Shown here: piece by piece, positions 38,231 to 51,518 of the stretch | Numbering within the stretch: position 1 is the first letter of the stretch | Layout of the letters: every line of letters begins with the position of its first letter | Source: Phoronis australis | Lineage: Eukaryota > Animalia > Phoronida | Length of the DNA stretch: 64,000 nt | Assembly: GCA_002633005.1 (NCBI GenBank) | Contig: NMRA01000462.1 | Span: forward strand, 289,594 to 353,593 | Direction: 5' to 3' | Notes under the pieces: generated by a model | Database searches by the model: none | Seen by the model: only the letters and a program-made list of their open reading frames with translations | Told to the model about the DNA's origin: nothing | Position numbers and translations under genes: made by a program

Positions 38231-38700
38231 TGTATCAACCTTATACTACAAATAATTATGAGTTATCCAATGTGCGTTAGATAACAAATTGGCGAGAAAC
38301 ATGAAAGGCATGCTGGTTTGATCGACTGTGCCGTATAAGTATAACTGCTGCTATATAATTTTTATTGTTTTGCTCGTTTTGTACAGTATATTGCTCTATA
38401 CCTGAGATAATGAGATTCATTACATTTTCTTGGCCATTATTTCCTGGATCTAGATTTGGAAGAATTATCTTACCATGTATAATAAATCATCCAAATCTTG
38501 CTTAAGGAAAAAAAACAGACAGTATGATAGCTTGAGGTCAGTTTGGGCTTGAATGGGGTAACTAGTCCACACAGTGGCTAGGAATTTTGTGGGCGTCATT
38601 CATACACAATAGGCCTTTATAAAAGAGTTACTGTTTAAAAAGTAAGAGCACAATGAAAGTTTCATTCGAGAAATGAACAGTTGCCATTATAACCACTCAC

Positions 38701-38847
38701 AGTGGCAAGTTTCACCGTTCCCAATGTAGTTACTGTTGACTTCGCACTCATTGCACAGGTCCCCGACCACTCCCTTTACCCGACAGTAAGCGCGACAACT
38801 CCCGGTCACCCGGTCACAAGAGGCAGCTTGGCCGATACACTGACAAG
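38701..38847 (-). CDS. ATRN: Attractin exon, laminin-type EGF 2
   Basis: CQCIGQAASCDRVTGSCRAYCRVKGVVGDLCNECEVNSNYIGNGETCH; donor gtgagt. Confidence 0.94.
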
Positions 38848-39696
38848 CTGAAAACAGAGATTGCAGTAGTCAAGACGAGAAGGGGAGACAATTCCCAGTC
38901 ACTGAGCCACAAGAGATGTCTGGACATGATGGAAGATATATTATTTATCAGAACCTGACATAATGCCAATCCCACACTAAAACTCACATAGATAAGTCAG
39001 ATCCAACTGGATCAAGAGATCTTATCCAAACCGTAGAAAATATGAATTTCAAAGTTTTGGCTGGTGCCTACTACTTTGAAGCTCTGCCTGAGTTAAGAGT
39101 AGGACTCCACTTAAGCATGTCCGACTAAGGCAAGTTTTACAAAACTCAAAAACACCCTGCAGATGTTGGTGGTAAGACTGTGGTAGACAGTAGCTTTGAA
39201 AAAAAGTTTTGCCAACATTATAACAAAAATGCCAAAGGCAGCCAAATACAAGTAAAGTCACAGGAAAATAGCAGCAAAACTGTGCTCTGAAATTTTGTTG
39301 TTTTTCATTTTTTAAACTACAGTTTGTACTATGTACAAATTACCAAATACTAACAATGAAACAGTAGAATCTCAGTCTATTACAACAACTGGACTTCAGT
39401 AAACAATGTTGTGCTCGCGTCTCTTGAATGTCAACAGGTCACTAAAGAATATGTTTTTCAGTTCTGGGAAACAGAATTGTAGTGGGAAGAATTTTTAAAA
39501 ATCATAATATTTGAATGATTAACAAATGAATTTTCCAACACAATTTGATTTGCTCAATTAAACAACAGAGAATCTTCAATATCTAATTGTAAGAAATTTA
39601 TCACAAATGCTAAGAAAATACAAGCGTTGCTAGTGCTTTCACAAACACACAGGAACATTAACAAAGATCATGACAAGCTTTTCGTAAGTCACTTAC

Positions 39697-39837
39697 CAAA
39701 GCATTTACCCCCTGCCGTGGCGTTGCCATAGTACCCTTCTATGCACCGCTCGCAACGGTTCCCCTCAGTCAGGTCAGCGCAAGAGATGCACTTGCTAGTC
39801 CCATCATAACAAGTACTGTGACCGTTACACTGGCACA
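39697..39837 (-). CDS. ATRN: Attractin exon, laminin-type EGF 1
   Basis: CQCNGHSTCYDGTSKCISCADLTEGNRCERCIEGYYGNATAGGKCF; donor gtaagt. Confidence 0.96.
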
Positions 39838-40319
39838 CTGAAATGCCAGATATGGAAATTAAATTCGGTGTTGTTCAGAAAAAATCTACTATTAATGTTA
39901 TAACCATATTCATGAATCTGTAGAAACAGAAGAGGGACAGATGGTAAGTTACTTCAAAACCATGGAAACGATCCAACTTTGCACACCAAAAAAATCAACT
40001 CCTCGTAATTAAAGCAATATAAAGTTTGGATGAATAAATATACTTTTCTTTTATAACTGTTACTTCCTTACAAACACAGTAGTGTGGTTTGCATTGAATA
40101 CTTTACTGTTATTTTTTCTAGATTACAAAACAGTTTCTTCACTACTGTATGACATAGAACACGTAAAACATTTAAGTAATGATATAACTATAACTTAATA
40201 CAACATCTAACAAGATGACATGCAAAAAGATAAGAAAAATGAAAATGATCAAGTTTCTTTCAATAAATCATCTGGCACATAAGCCAAAAATATGAAATTT
40301 TTTCCAACGCCATACGCAC

Positions 40320-40520
40320 CAGGGCAATCCACAAAGAACCAATGCGGTGCCGGACAGAGATCAGGGGTCACAGTGGTGGCATCAGCCTGGCGCATGATTG
40401 GTCCAGAGTTTGACCCCTCCATGCACTTGCCCAATCCCGTGTTGGTGCCATCATCGCACCAACCACACGAAGGATTGATTTGACATTCATCGCACGTCTT
40501 CAGCTCAGAGCACTGGGTGG
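40320..40520 (-). CDS. ATRN: Attractin exon, PSI
   Basis: TQCSELKTCDECQINPSCGWCDDGTNTGLGKCMEGSNSGP...CPAPHWFFVDCP. Confidence 0.96.
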
Positions 40521-41012
40521 CTAGAAAAAGAAGAATCGCAGAATTTGAATTCGTGTAGGAAAATTCTGGGCACAAGCTCTCACTACAGAGAAGTACAAGG
40601 ATCACACATGGATAATTAAACTTGAACTCGTGTCATTTTGAAAACACATCATTCTAACAGTTATAAAAACACACATTCAGGGCCGTAAATGTATTACCAC
40701 AGTCCTAAATATATTATATTCAGCTGAATTCCACCCTCAAATGTTGAAAAATTTCCTTTTAAATGTCCATGTTGGATAATGTGCTCAACCCGAATTAAGA
40801 TTTTTTCAATGTAATAACAAAATGCTTTTGCAACAAAAATGCAAGGGTCCTGACAATGAAAAATGGAAAAACAAGATACTTTACATTAAGGCTACACCCT
40901 TTTCAGAAGACTTTGTGTAGGTGGGGCAAAGGAGGCAGCCGCCACAATACACTCTGCACCAAAGGTTCCCTATATGTCATAATCAGGTGATACCCACAAA
41001 CCCATCACCTAC

Positions 41013-41201
41013 CTGAGCACTTGGAATTCTGTGCGACCCACTCTCTACACTGTCCGTAGGGGTATGAGGCGAAGTAAGCATTGGACTCGACACAGCGTCG
41101 TTCACTCTCGCACCACATACAGTGGGCGGCCGTGCAGTTGGCGCAAGAGTACATGCCATGACAGGGTCTGGAACACGTGGCCGGATAATTCTCCAACTTG
41201 T
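41013..41201 (-). CDS. ATRN: Attractin exon, PSI
   Basis: DKLENYPATCSRPCHGMYSCANCTAAHCMWCESERRCVESNAYFASYPYGQCREWVAQNSKCS (CMWC...SNAY.ASxPxGQC motif). Confidence 0.96.
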
Positions 41202-41768
41202 CTGTAATGACAGCGAGGTATATACTCCGAAGGGAATCACATAATTCAAAATAACAAAACTAATACGGACATGGATAACCAACAACTTAATTGTTTATAA
41301 TGACTGCACTACCTTGGTCACGTCAAATCGGGTATACCCTATCTACCAAATATCGGAAAAAAAGTTGCCAGACACAACTGAGTGAGCAGAAGACGAAGAT
41401 GTCAGTGCTTCTTTTAGAAAGGAACACGAAAACAACAGCAGGATGACACCCCAACCAGTCGGTTTAAGACAAGATGATTGCTAAGCTTACCTCTAGAACT
41501 GCCAGTGCCTCCAAAGGAACAATCCCACTGTAGCTGTTATCCCTCTCCAGAACTTAACTTGTATAATCAAGCATTTAAATGCCATTAATGATCTGCCATG
41601 AACATGTTGTAAACAATTCTGGCCTATTGCGTAGAAAGTAGTCCAAACGCACTTCATTCAGTCTGCCCAGGACAAAACACAACAGACTAATTATCTTGTC
41701 TCATTATCAAGAGTTACCATGAAGTTTGGGCAATGAAAAATAAGGGGGGGGAATGTAGCGAGACTGAC

Positions 41769-41907
41769 CTTCTCTGTTGACACACATCAGACTTCCTTTT
41801 CTATTCATAACCCACATGCAGTCAGAGCTAGCATTACAGTAGGCACAGTTGTGACGGAAACTGCAGTCTGTGCTGTACTTTGCTGGACACTGCTCAACAG
41901 ACGCCAC
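41769..41907 (-). CDS. ATRN: Attractin exon, identical copy B (probably the same exon assembled twice)
   Basis: Same 139-nt exon 614 bp away across the single N at 41985; including both copies would frameshift. Confidence 0.6.
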
Positions 41908-42382
41908 CTAGAGGTGTAGAACAGAACTACAGTTCACTCAGTAACATACCTATTCCTGAATCATTACAGCGCCTATATACCCACNAGACAACTGAGTGAG
42001 CAGAAGACGAAGATGTCAGTGCTTCTTTTAGAAAGGAACATGAAAACAACAGCAGGATGACACCCCAACCAGTCTGTTTAAGACAAGATGATTGCTAAGC
42101 TTACCTCTAGAACTGCCAGTGCCTCCAAAGGAACAATCCCACTGTAGCTGTTATCCCTCTCCAGAACTTAACTTGTATAATCAAGCATGTAAATGCCATT
42201 AATGATCTGCCATGAACATGTTGTAAACAATTCTGGCCTATTGCGTAGAAAGTAGTCCAAACGCACTTCATTCAGTCTGCCCAGGACAAAACACAACAGA
42301 CTAATTATCTTGTCTCATTATCAAGAGTTACCATGAAGTTTGGGCAATGAAAAATAAGGGGGGGGAATGTAGCGAGACTGAC

Positions 42383-42521
42383 CTTCTCTGTTGACACACA
42401 TCAGACTTCCTTTTCTATTCATAACCCACATGCAGTCAGAGCTAGCATTACAGTAGGCACAGTTGTGACGGAAACTGCAGTCTGTGCTGTACTTTGCTGG
42501 ACACTGCTCAACAGACGCCAC
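42383..42521 (-). CDS. ATRN: Attractin exon, PSI (copy A of a duplicated segment)
   Basis: VASVEQCPAKYSTDCSFRHNCAYCNASSDCMWVMNRKGSLMCVNRE; ctctag| and |gtcagt. Confidence 0.85.
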
Positions 42522-42796
42522 CTAGAGGTGTAGAACAGAACTACAGTTCACTCAGTAACATACCTATTCCTGAATCATTACAGCGCCTATATACCCACAA
42601 ATCTCATTGACCAGCTTTTCTATTTTTGATTTTTTAAAATTTTTATTGCAATGAGTAGGCTTTTAACAGTTGATGTATACTGCCGTGACCTGATTAAAAA
42701 ATGAAGCTGATAGCGTTACAAGAATTTTTACCTTCGTAACTAGGTTGAAGTAAACTTTTAAGTAAGTAAAATTACTTCACTGCATCCCAAATTTTT

Positions 42797-43988
42797 AAAC
42801 AAGAGCAACGCAGAGCATTAAAATGCATCCACAAATGCACCGCAAACGGTGTGCTTCTAGGGGTGTTTATTTGGAACATGCAAATGGCTACTAGATGGTG
42901 CAAAATACGTCGAATCCATCCAAACAGTGGTATGTGTAGTCAAAGCTATTTACCAAAGTTCATAAAAATCTGTAACGGAACTTCTGAGAAAAATGAGATT
43001 GCCACTAAGAGGATATAGGCGCAAAAAACATAACAGCCACTAAGAGGCACCACAGTAGATAAAGTCGTCGGAAAATCATTGTCAGACTTCCTCTTCACAT
43101 TAGGAACATACATGCTAATTTCCTCAACCATCCTTAGAGTGGTTTCGTTGACAGAGGGGCAGATGCCAAATAACAAAACTCGAAAACAGTAAAAATGGCC
43201 ACAAGGTGGCGCAAAATACCACGAATCAAACCAAAATCCTGAGGATAGCATCAACTCAAAAATATATCTATCAGCCAAATTTCATGAAAATCCGTTGAGG
43301 ACCTTTGAAGATACAGAGGTAAAATCAAAAAAACTAAAATTGCCACTAGGGGGCACACTAGTAGTCGGATCCATCCGAATGTCATCGTTGTTTGTTATCA
43401 AAATCATATAAATACACATGCGAAGTTTAACAAAGATCCTGAAGAGGGTTTAGATGATACAGTCATGGGCGTAAAAAACTAAGAGACCCCACAATTGTCG
43501 AGGTTGACGGAAAATCATCGTCAGCCCTCCTCTTCACATTAGGAAAATACATGCTCAATTCCACAATCATTCTTAGAGTGGTTTGGTTGACAGAGGGGCA
43601 AATGCCAAAAAGCAGACTCGAAAACAGTAAAAATGGCCAATAGGTGGCGCAAACTATGTTGAATCCACCCAAAAACGAAAGGATAGCATCGTCTCACAAA
43701 GAGATGCCTATACGCTAAATTTTATGAAAATACGTTGAGGACCTTTGAGAAACAGACTGTTAAATGTAAAAAACTAAAATTTCCACTAGGAGGCATACCA
43801 GTAATCGGATCCGCCCAAAAGTTCTCTCATGCCATCTTATGCATGAAAGGAACATGTTAGCAAAATTTCATGAACATAGTCGTTAAACAGTTTTGGAGAT
43901 AGCGCAGCAGATGCCGGATGAACGGTCACCGGACGAACGAGGATGACGGCACAATGCGTCCACATACAAACACGTGGGCGCATAAAAA
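42797..43988 (+). mobile_element. Helentron/HINE-like non-autonomous element, near full length
   Basis: Starts aaacaagag; internal units of about 440 bp; cggac-type microsatellite; terminal stem-loop atgcgtccac...gtgggcgcat followed by aaaaa. Confidence 0.72.
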
Positions 43989-44264
43989 TGTGTGCTTCAA
44001 ATGTCTACATAAACTGACATCAACAAAATGCCGGGCAACGCGTGTCCTTTTACAGGTTTAAACACACAATCATCACAAGAATTACAGCATTACAGCCACA
44101 GGTGTCTCTTGTGGCAGAAAGTATTTTTAACACAAACAGGAAAATTTTGAGACGTATATTTCATGTCACTGAATAATAATTTGTGTTTTAGGTAGTAATC
44201 AGATCAGAAATGCCCATTTAAGCTAATGTTATCAGGACAAATATTTTCCACACATTATGTAATA

Positions 44265-44434
44265 CAGTAAAACTTTCATAAGTCGAACATGTATAAGTCC
44301 AATTTCTGCTTAACTCAAAGTTCAGTGGTTTGTTTATTCTAGTTGATGCACTCGGCCCTCAGATAAGTTAGATTTCACCTTTCACAGAAGAAATCTTGCG
44401 GACCTGTTGGACACGGCTTATGTGAGTTTTAATG
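44265..44434. mobile_element. Small TA-flanked Tc1/Tigger-like MITE
   Basis: ta|cagtaaaact ... agttttaatg|ta termini. Confidence 0.5.
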
Positions 44435-44464
44435 TACATTCAAACCTCTTTGGAGGTACAGTAC

Positions 44465-44586
44465 CGGGTGAGGGTCGCGACACGTCCCTGTTTCGCATCC
44501 CCCTTTGCACCATCTACAGCCAAATGAGGTGGAGAGGCAGGAAGGACAGCTGGACTCAACTCTCTTGCACATCTCTGAGTAGTCAC
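44465..44586 (-). CDS. ATRN: Attractin exon, PSI
   Basis: DYSEMCKRVESSCPSCLSTSFGCRWCKGGCETGTCRDPHP; the donor at 44464 (gtactg) was chosen because the next exon needs phase 0. Confidence 0.82.
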
Positions 44587-45559
44587 CTGTGGCAACATGG
44601 GCAGAAAGGGGTGTACATAATGTGGGTTAATAAAGTCTTCGGATATGTTTCATGAAAAGTGACTTAACACTTAAGTGACTTAACACTTAAGTCACAAATT
44701 TGGTCTTACGCTCCCACTTCCCAACTGCGAATTAATTATGAGCACATCACTGACTAGGACTAACTTTTAGAAGTTATCTCTGTCTCAGTAACTAGCAGTT
44801 ATGTTTATATTCTCAAGAGACTTCGGACTGGTTGCTCAAGTGACATTTTTAAACCATTTTCATATAATTGGGAGGCACGGAAGACCAAATTTCTGGCCAC
44901 ATGATCAAAAGCTAAAGAAAACATGTGTGAATGGTAAAACCTCACCAATGGCAGCCACAGGACAAACTGAATACTTCTTATCTCCAGCTTAAGTCAAATT
45001 ACTAACCTTTTACCACAATGGCAGGAACTAATCATTTTCTTTGTAAAACTATTTGCCTTACGAGCAGATATTCTACATAGTTTTGTTGAAACTGTTTCTA
45101 AATACGCCATACTGACCACTTTACAAAGAGTGAAAATCGATGTGTAAGCATTCCGATGCATAGATTTGCAGAATACAAGTCGTCTAATCCAACATCCAGA
45201 AAGTGTCGCGCAAATGATCGTTTGCCCGAAATGTGGCAGTTGATCTTGGATAGATACTACCTACTCTTATCCATGACAAACTGAACTTCTGGCTGCTTGA
45301 AATACTACTACAATGAAGTGATCTCAGCAGGTCACATGACTACCGTCAGCTGACAGAGCTGCTTTGGATGACAGATATCCAACAATCCCTTCAAAGACAT
45401 CTGCTCGTTTCAATTCTGCTTTTAACTTTCTCGTTCCTATTGACAACAATTGAAATCATACAAATTGAAAACAGCTTTCACTCCACGACCTATAGTCCTC
45501 TAAATACATCCACTAGATTTTTAGTGCAAACTATTTATTTCATTAATAATATAACTCAC

Positions 45560-45727
45560 CCGTCTTCCCTTTACAGCCGTGCTTCTCATAATCCCCCAAA
45601 GTTTTGTGTTCAAATCTGCTGCGAACCTCGTCCGGGTGTACACAGCCTTGGGTATCGCTCCAGACACACCGTATCCCTGGAGTGGCTGAAAGACACGCCT
45701 CTTTGCCTTGATATGCAGCGCAACTCC
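45560..45727 (-). CDS. ATRN: Attractin exon, PSI-like
   Basis: GSCAAYQGKEACLSATPGIRCVWSDTQGC...; PGIRCVW motif; donor gtgagt. Confidence 0.92.
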
Positions 45728-46851
45728 CTAGGACAAAAACAAAGGAGCACTGTCAACAAGGGGGACTGATAGCAACAAGTAAACACGAATTTCATTGAAG
45801 GCATAACAAAGTCTTGGTTTTACAAGTTTTGTTTCTGCTTTTCACAAATTCAATTCAAAAAGACCAAACACATACAGAGAATGTCCATCTATTATGTGAT
45901 CATAGTAAGGTGATGATTTCCATGAAATCTGGAATGCTTGTAAAATAGAATTCTAACATGAAGCCATCACTTCAATGAACCCAAAATCAATTCAGATATA
46001 ATCCAGTCTGCGCTACTCATAGATTGAAGCTGTTAAAACAAAATTGGTATGGATGTCTCTTTTGTACTGTGGATTTCGGAAAGAAACCTTCAGATCGGTT
46101 TTTGTTTGCAAACACTGTACTATAGCAACCACTACCAAACACTGCATCTGTTCGACAGGTTTATGCCCAGGTCAATTTAACACATAAACTGTACAGGGGG
46201 TGGAAACCATTCCATGCAGCCAACAAACTCTAGTTACGGTAAACATTCTCCAGTTTGGGAGTCTCTTGAAATTTGAGACACAAAAATTCAAGCAGAATTT
46301 GAATTTTCTTGATACTGAAATTTGGTAAATTTTGGCATTCATCATATTTTTCAAGTTTCAGACATTGCATTTCTGTATCAACAGAGAAAGGCAACAAGAC
46401 TTGGCAGTTCATGAAATTGTCAAAAGTAACTGTCAGCGCAACCTTTTCATGTACCCCTTCAGCGTGAAACACGGAGGTGAATGACCATTTGTCATAGACC
46501 ACAATTCTTGAATCTGCCTATTTCTAACATTTGGTAAATGTTCTGACCTTGAGTAAAATTTTCATTGTCCCAAACTTAAGGATTTTTACCATACGCATCC
46601 GCGGTTCTAGATTTTAGTTTGGTCCAGTCAAAAATAAGACTGGTGTATCTTGAATCCAAGACTGGATGATTTCAATTTCCAAATTTCGGTTTCCTAAGTG
46701 TTATTTTGTAAATTAAGTGTCACTACAGCAATTGAGCAACAGAGGGAAAGGCCAAACATGATATTGGTATTTTTTAGTCACCTGCATACCATTAGTCACG
46801 GTTATCAATATAGCAACTTTACACACAACGCAACAATGGGAATACACTAAC

Positions 46852-46916
46852 CTGGAGTGTATTCATAAATGTCATTGAGCATTAAGCCGTTGAACCCCCC
46901 GAACACGTAGAGTTTT
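46852..46916 (-). CDS. ATRN: Attractin exon, Kelch end
   Basis: KLYVFGGFNGLMLNDIYEYTP; tttcag| and |gttagt. Confidence 0.94.
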
Positions 46917-47593
46917 CTGAAAGCAATAAAAGGTTAATTTATAAACTGTCTGCCATTCAAAATCTTGACGTCACAGAAGTAGGGTGCCAGAAATACCTAT
47001 TCGACAGCCAATGTTCAAACTTGAATGTGTTTCTGTGACAACACGAGTGATTTTATTGTGACGGGCACAAATTCTAAGTGCAAGCGCAACCCTAAGACGC
47101 GCAAATCCTTTTCCCTGACGCCCTACAATCCAAAGACAAGATTTTATTCCCAAGCACTATATTTAGGGAGCTGAAATGCATGGTATTTTGCTTAAAATCA
47201 CTAAACTATATACTTTGAAAGTCTGAACGTATTCAGTTTCTGCTGATGCCATCATTCAAAATATTCCCAGCCAACAGATCAGCATAATAAATATTAACCC
47301 CAAATATGTGTTCTGTGTAATTGTATTACCATGTCTATTGTTGGTCACAATTCATAAAGATAGGCGGAGACAACAGTGTACATGGATATGTTGTCACACA
47401 ATCCTAGACTGATCCGTTCAACAAACATTAAAAGCAGACCAGAACAATGAATGCACTCTGAAGAAATCTGAAAATCAATATTTCGCCACCAGTAGATAAA
47501 TAGTAATAGACTGCTCAAATAAAAATATGATTGTGGTATGCATTCTGTTTTGATGAAGTGGCTATGAACCCCAGATCAGTAGCTGCAACTAAC

Positions 47594-47678
47594 CCGTCAT
47601 AGACAACTGTAGTATGTCCGAATCTGGAGATGTCCCAGGGTAAGTTGGGAGGGTCCTTATGATACCACTTGTCACACT
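47594..47678 (-). CDS. ATRN: Attractin exon, Kelch
   Basis: CDKWYHKDPPNLPWDISRFGHTTVVYDG; phases 1/2. Confidence 0.94.
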
Positions 47679-48663
47679 CTGCAACAAAAAAGACACATGG
47701 CACCGGGCATTATTCAAGTTCAGCAAATTTACACACATTCAAGAACTATACAGGGCCCCAAACTAAATTTAACCAAAAAGGACCCAGTTCTCAATGAGTT
47801 CTGACAGTATATAATGTTTCACAATTTGGTAGATATGTTACTGCACTTTTGTGAAAGTACTGATTTGAGTAACAAAACTGACTAAAAAATAAAATTACAA
47901 AATTGATGGTTAACCGTGGTTCACTTTTTAAATTAAGCTTGAAATCCTAGTTTTAAGGGTTATTTCTTTTCCCAAAAATCCAATTTCATCATATTTTGGA
48001 AAACTCTGAGACACTGTTTGTGTCTTTGAGTAACCTATTTCATTATTTGAACTTTAAGCAAAAAGGAATTATTGCACCTTGATGGACTGCGTAGAAGTGG
48101 ATCACATAGGAAAAGAAATTTACTTAACAGTTCAAAATCTTGCTCAACTTATCTTTATAAATACTTAATCAACTAGACAATGCCCAAACAGTTCTCCTAG
48201 AGTTCCCAACAGAAGTCAGCTTTCCAAAACCGTAAACCTAAACTGCCATTTTATGACTCATTTTTTCTATGTTTTTTTCTTAAAACAATGTCTTACTACG
48301 CACGATAAAAGCCAACAGACTGAACACTTGCACCAAACTTTCACACTGGCTTTAAAACCACTTTCGAACACAAAAAAAAAACTTTTGATTTAGGCCACAT
48401 ACCATTATGAAATTGGACTCAAATTTTCCTCGGTCAAATTGAGTTCAGGGCCTGGAAAGAAGCGATAGTTGCCTATTGGTGGAGACCAGGCTTTAAAAGC
48501 TTGTAATGGTGTGTCATTTTATGTGTCCAGCATGGTCTCAAGGAATAATGAACCGTCAGTTCTGTGAACATATTAACAAGCCTGTTGAGGTCATGACTGC
48601 GTCGTTGCAGGCCAAGAGACTTAATGAATGAACAATGGCTCAACGCCAGTTAGCAAAACTCAC

Positions 48664-48818
48664 TTAGATCATAGGCCAAAAAGCTGTTTGAATAACACTT
48701 GGCTCCTTGACTAGTTCCTGAGTCATTGTGCGTGTTGCCTCCAAAGACCAGCATCATTTCATTGATTATGTTCACAGAGTGCAAATACCGAGATGACCCT
48801 GATGACTCGTAGATTTTC
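48664..48818 (-). CDS. ATRN: Attractin exon, Kelch
   Basis: KIYESSGSSRYLHSVNIINEMMLVFGGNTHNDSGTSQGAKCYSNSFLAYDL (diagnostic MLVFGGNTHND). Confidence 0.97.
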
Positions 48819-49509
48819 CTAAAATAGAGAAATGCTATCAACAGTTCACTCAGAAAAGTTCTATCATTACAATGTGATACCAGACATGATTATACGCCCC
48901 AACTTCAGTTTATTCAATTAGCACTTCCTTTTTCCTTTAAAGCGCTCGTTTGTATCTTCTTGAACACCCATCCATGGAGAATTTCAGCGAACAATTTGCT
49001 CACCTATGACCAACAAACTGTGTGATGCCTGCATTCCACTATCATTTTTCGACTCTAGTTTGTGAAATGGCCGACAAAAATGGAACTTTGTAGACATCAA
49101 CTAAGTAAGCAGTTACCTCAACATTTTAATTAAATTTTTCATTTAATTTTTAAATATTAATGCCCAGCTTGACAGAGACACCCTCATTTTTGGCTTTTTT
49201 AATTTTGGCACCTTGGACTTTAAAGTTCTACGCAGCACTCATTACGTCATTTCACCAAAGTCATAAACATCAAAAAGGAATAAATCAAGACAGCCGTGGT
49301 GAATCTTTCCATTAAAGCAACCAATGAACTCACTTCAGTCCTTTCTGTTGTGAGGAATTATGAACGTTAACTCCCAGTATTAAAAAACCTTTGACCCAAA
49401 AACATGTATCAAAACAATGGCGGTAGTGTGTGAGACTAACCCAAACAAATACAACACACCAAGACTCACAACCTATGAGTCGCCTTCAGACAATACTGAT
49501 TTTACTAAC

Positions 49510-49693
49510 CATTCTTTGGTCTTCGGGTTGTAGCCGTAAAGATCATCTGAAAGGACATAAGTGGCGGCACTGAGGGAGCGATAACCACCGTGTACGTAGA
49601 TGATCCCCTGGTGGACGTCATAGACACTAGAGTGCCCATAGCCACCCTTCACAATTGCCCCAGTGGTGGAGGTTGTTTTCCATTTGAATGTTA
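49510..49693 (-). CDS. ATRN: Attractin exon, Kelch
   Basis: TFKWKTTSTTGAIVKGGYGHSSVYDVHQGIIYVHGGYRSLSAATYVLSDDLYGYNPKTKEW. Confidence 0.96.
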
Positions 49694-50344
49694 CTGGAAC
49701 ATAGCACACAACATATTAAGGTTTCTCAACTAGTTAAAAAACTTTGTCACCAATCACATTTTAGATCAGTTTTGATGCAGCCTATCCCAGAATTCATTGG
49801 GGTGACTACAATGCGAGAAGGTGGGAAAGGTGAACAGTGTATTCTTGCAGGCATTAATGAGGCTGACTCATCACCACCCAAAGTTTTTGACCACATAATG
49901 TTGAGTTATGCATGTTAAACATCTATAAACTGATGTCAACTTGAAAACAATAAGACAAAAATGACAGAAAGCAATGGAAAATTCTAACGAGCAAACGAAT
50001 TTGATTCAAACAATTTGTCAATTTCTTAAAGGGGCATTAACAGTGAGAAAAGTGATTTTCTAAGATCAGCCTCAGTGCGGAATCGAATCTGGAACCCAGA
50101 GTCTAATGCTATGCTGGCGGTTCTAAATCTCACTCAAGAAATGGTCACCTGCCTTGATTTCATAGAATGTTTGTCAAACAATGGCGAGAACATATGATTT
50201 GTACTAATACACATGGCTATGGCCAAAGCTAATAACTTCAATAAGTCTATCCCATAAAACAATAGTCCCAAAAATGTGTTTTCGACGATGAAACCGACGT
50301 CCCATACACTACAATACCCAACTCACAAAACAAAATCAACTTAC

Positions 50345-50570
50345 AGAGATCCAATTCCTGTACAAAGTTCACGTATCCATAAACGGGACTATGGCCGAAG
50401 ATTACGTGCATGACATCATCGACGACGTGTGCTGTGTGACCTACGACCCCCACAGGACTTTCCCCAGTGATGTTCTGTTGGCTCCACTCATTAGTGTTAA
50501 TATTGTAGCTCCACAGCTCCGAGACAATGTCTCTTGATCCAACAAGACCTCCATACATGTAGATGAGATT
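50345..50570 (-). CDS. ATRN: Attractin exon, Kelch
   Basis: NLIYMYGGLVGSRDIVSELWSYNINTNEW...VVGHTAHVVDDVMHVIFGHSPVYGYVNFVQELDL. Confidence 0.96.
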
Positions 50571-50735
50571 CTACGACCAGATATGACACGTTGTTAGCTC
50601 AAGGGGGACAAAAATATGATGTTGGTGTACACTTTCGTTTTTTTGCAGCTTCGCAAATATGTAGAACACATGCCAGAACCAAATATACTCATTTGGCTAA
50701 ATCAGAATAGTTTGGTAGCAGCGCTTCATTTATAC

Positions 50736-51465
50736 AAACTTCATTAAAAATGTGACTAGACTTTTTGTTTGCAAGCTTGATACTGGTACACTCATAATTT
50801 CGGAACAGTCTCCTTTTTTCAGGTGTGCAGGTGTGCAGGTATGAAGTGAAACACTGAGAGACACAACAACCAAATAAATTTAAAAAACTAGCTATATTTC
50901 GAGACTGCATGTCTCCTCATCAGGCAACGAGTGAAATGAACATATACATTGCGAAATAAACTGAAATACACGTGACAGCGGGAAGAGGGGCACACAAGCA
51001 GAGAGTGTGAATGCAACACATGGTAGGAAGCCCGCAACCCTATCGAAACAGAAGCGAATGTTGAAAGTGACACATTTCGGTTAAAGATTTTGGAATCGCT
51101 ATTGATCAGTCATGAAAAATCTGTGTTGAATGAGCAGCTCACAGGAGTGTACCCCATGCTGGCTTTGTTTCGATACGGTAGCGGGCTTCTTACCGGGTGT
51201 TGCATTCACACTCTGCTTGTATGCCCTCTTCCCGCTGTCACGTGTATTTCACTGTTTATTTCGTTATGTATATGTTCATTCCACTTATTACCTGATGATG
51301 CGACATGCAGTCTTGAAATATAGCCAGTGTTTTAATTTGTTTGTCATGTCTCTCGGTATTTTACTTCATACCTGCACACCTGAAGAAAGGAGACCGTTAC
51401 GAAATTACGAGCGTACCAGTATCAAGCTTGCAAACAAAAAGTCTAGTCATGTTTTAATGAAATTT
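50736..51465. mobile_element. Fold-back element with inverted arms of about 310 bp and a spacer of about 105 bp
   Basis: 50736-51055 is the diverged reverse complement of 51162-51465 (e.g. gactagactttttgtttgcaagcttgatactggtac / gtaccagtatcaagcttgcaaacaaaaagtctagtc). Confidence 0.85.
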
Positions 51466-51518
51466 GGCTAAATACAATTAAGATTAACTACGAATAAAGA
51501 AATAATCAAAATCTCAAT

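Larger units (their letters stand above)
41372..42598. repeat. 614-bp direct duplication split by a single N (probable unmerged haplotype overlap)
   Basis: Copies differ at about 3 substitutions (acacga/acatga, gtcgg/gtctg, catttaa/catgtaa); N at 41985. Confidence 0.85.

Noticed and set aside
41491-41527. Possible attractin micro-exon (tacag|...ctagag|gtaagc), where a vertebrate-type CTLD insertion would be expected
   Set aside because: At 37 or 43 nt it breaks the frame, longer versions contain stops, it has no CTLD similarity, and the flanking exons already join in phase.
42946-43672. Similar ORFs at 34323, 42946 and 43463 suggesting a gene family
   Set aside because: They are antisense translations of the internal units of the Helentron-like repeat.
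44446-44464. Longer version of the PSI exon ending at a gtttga donor
   Set aside because: It gives phase 1, which is incompatible with the phase-0 acceptor of the next exon.
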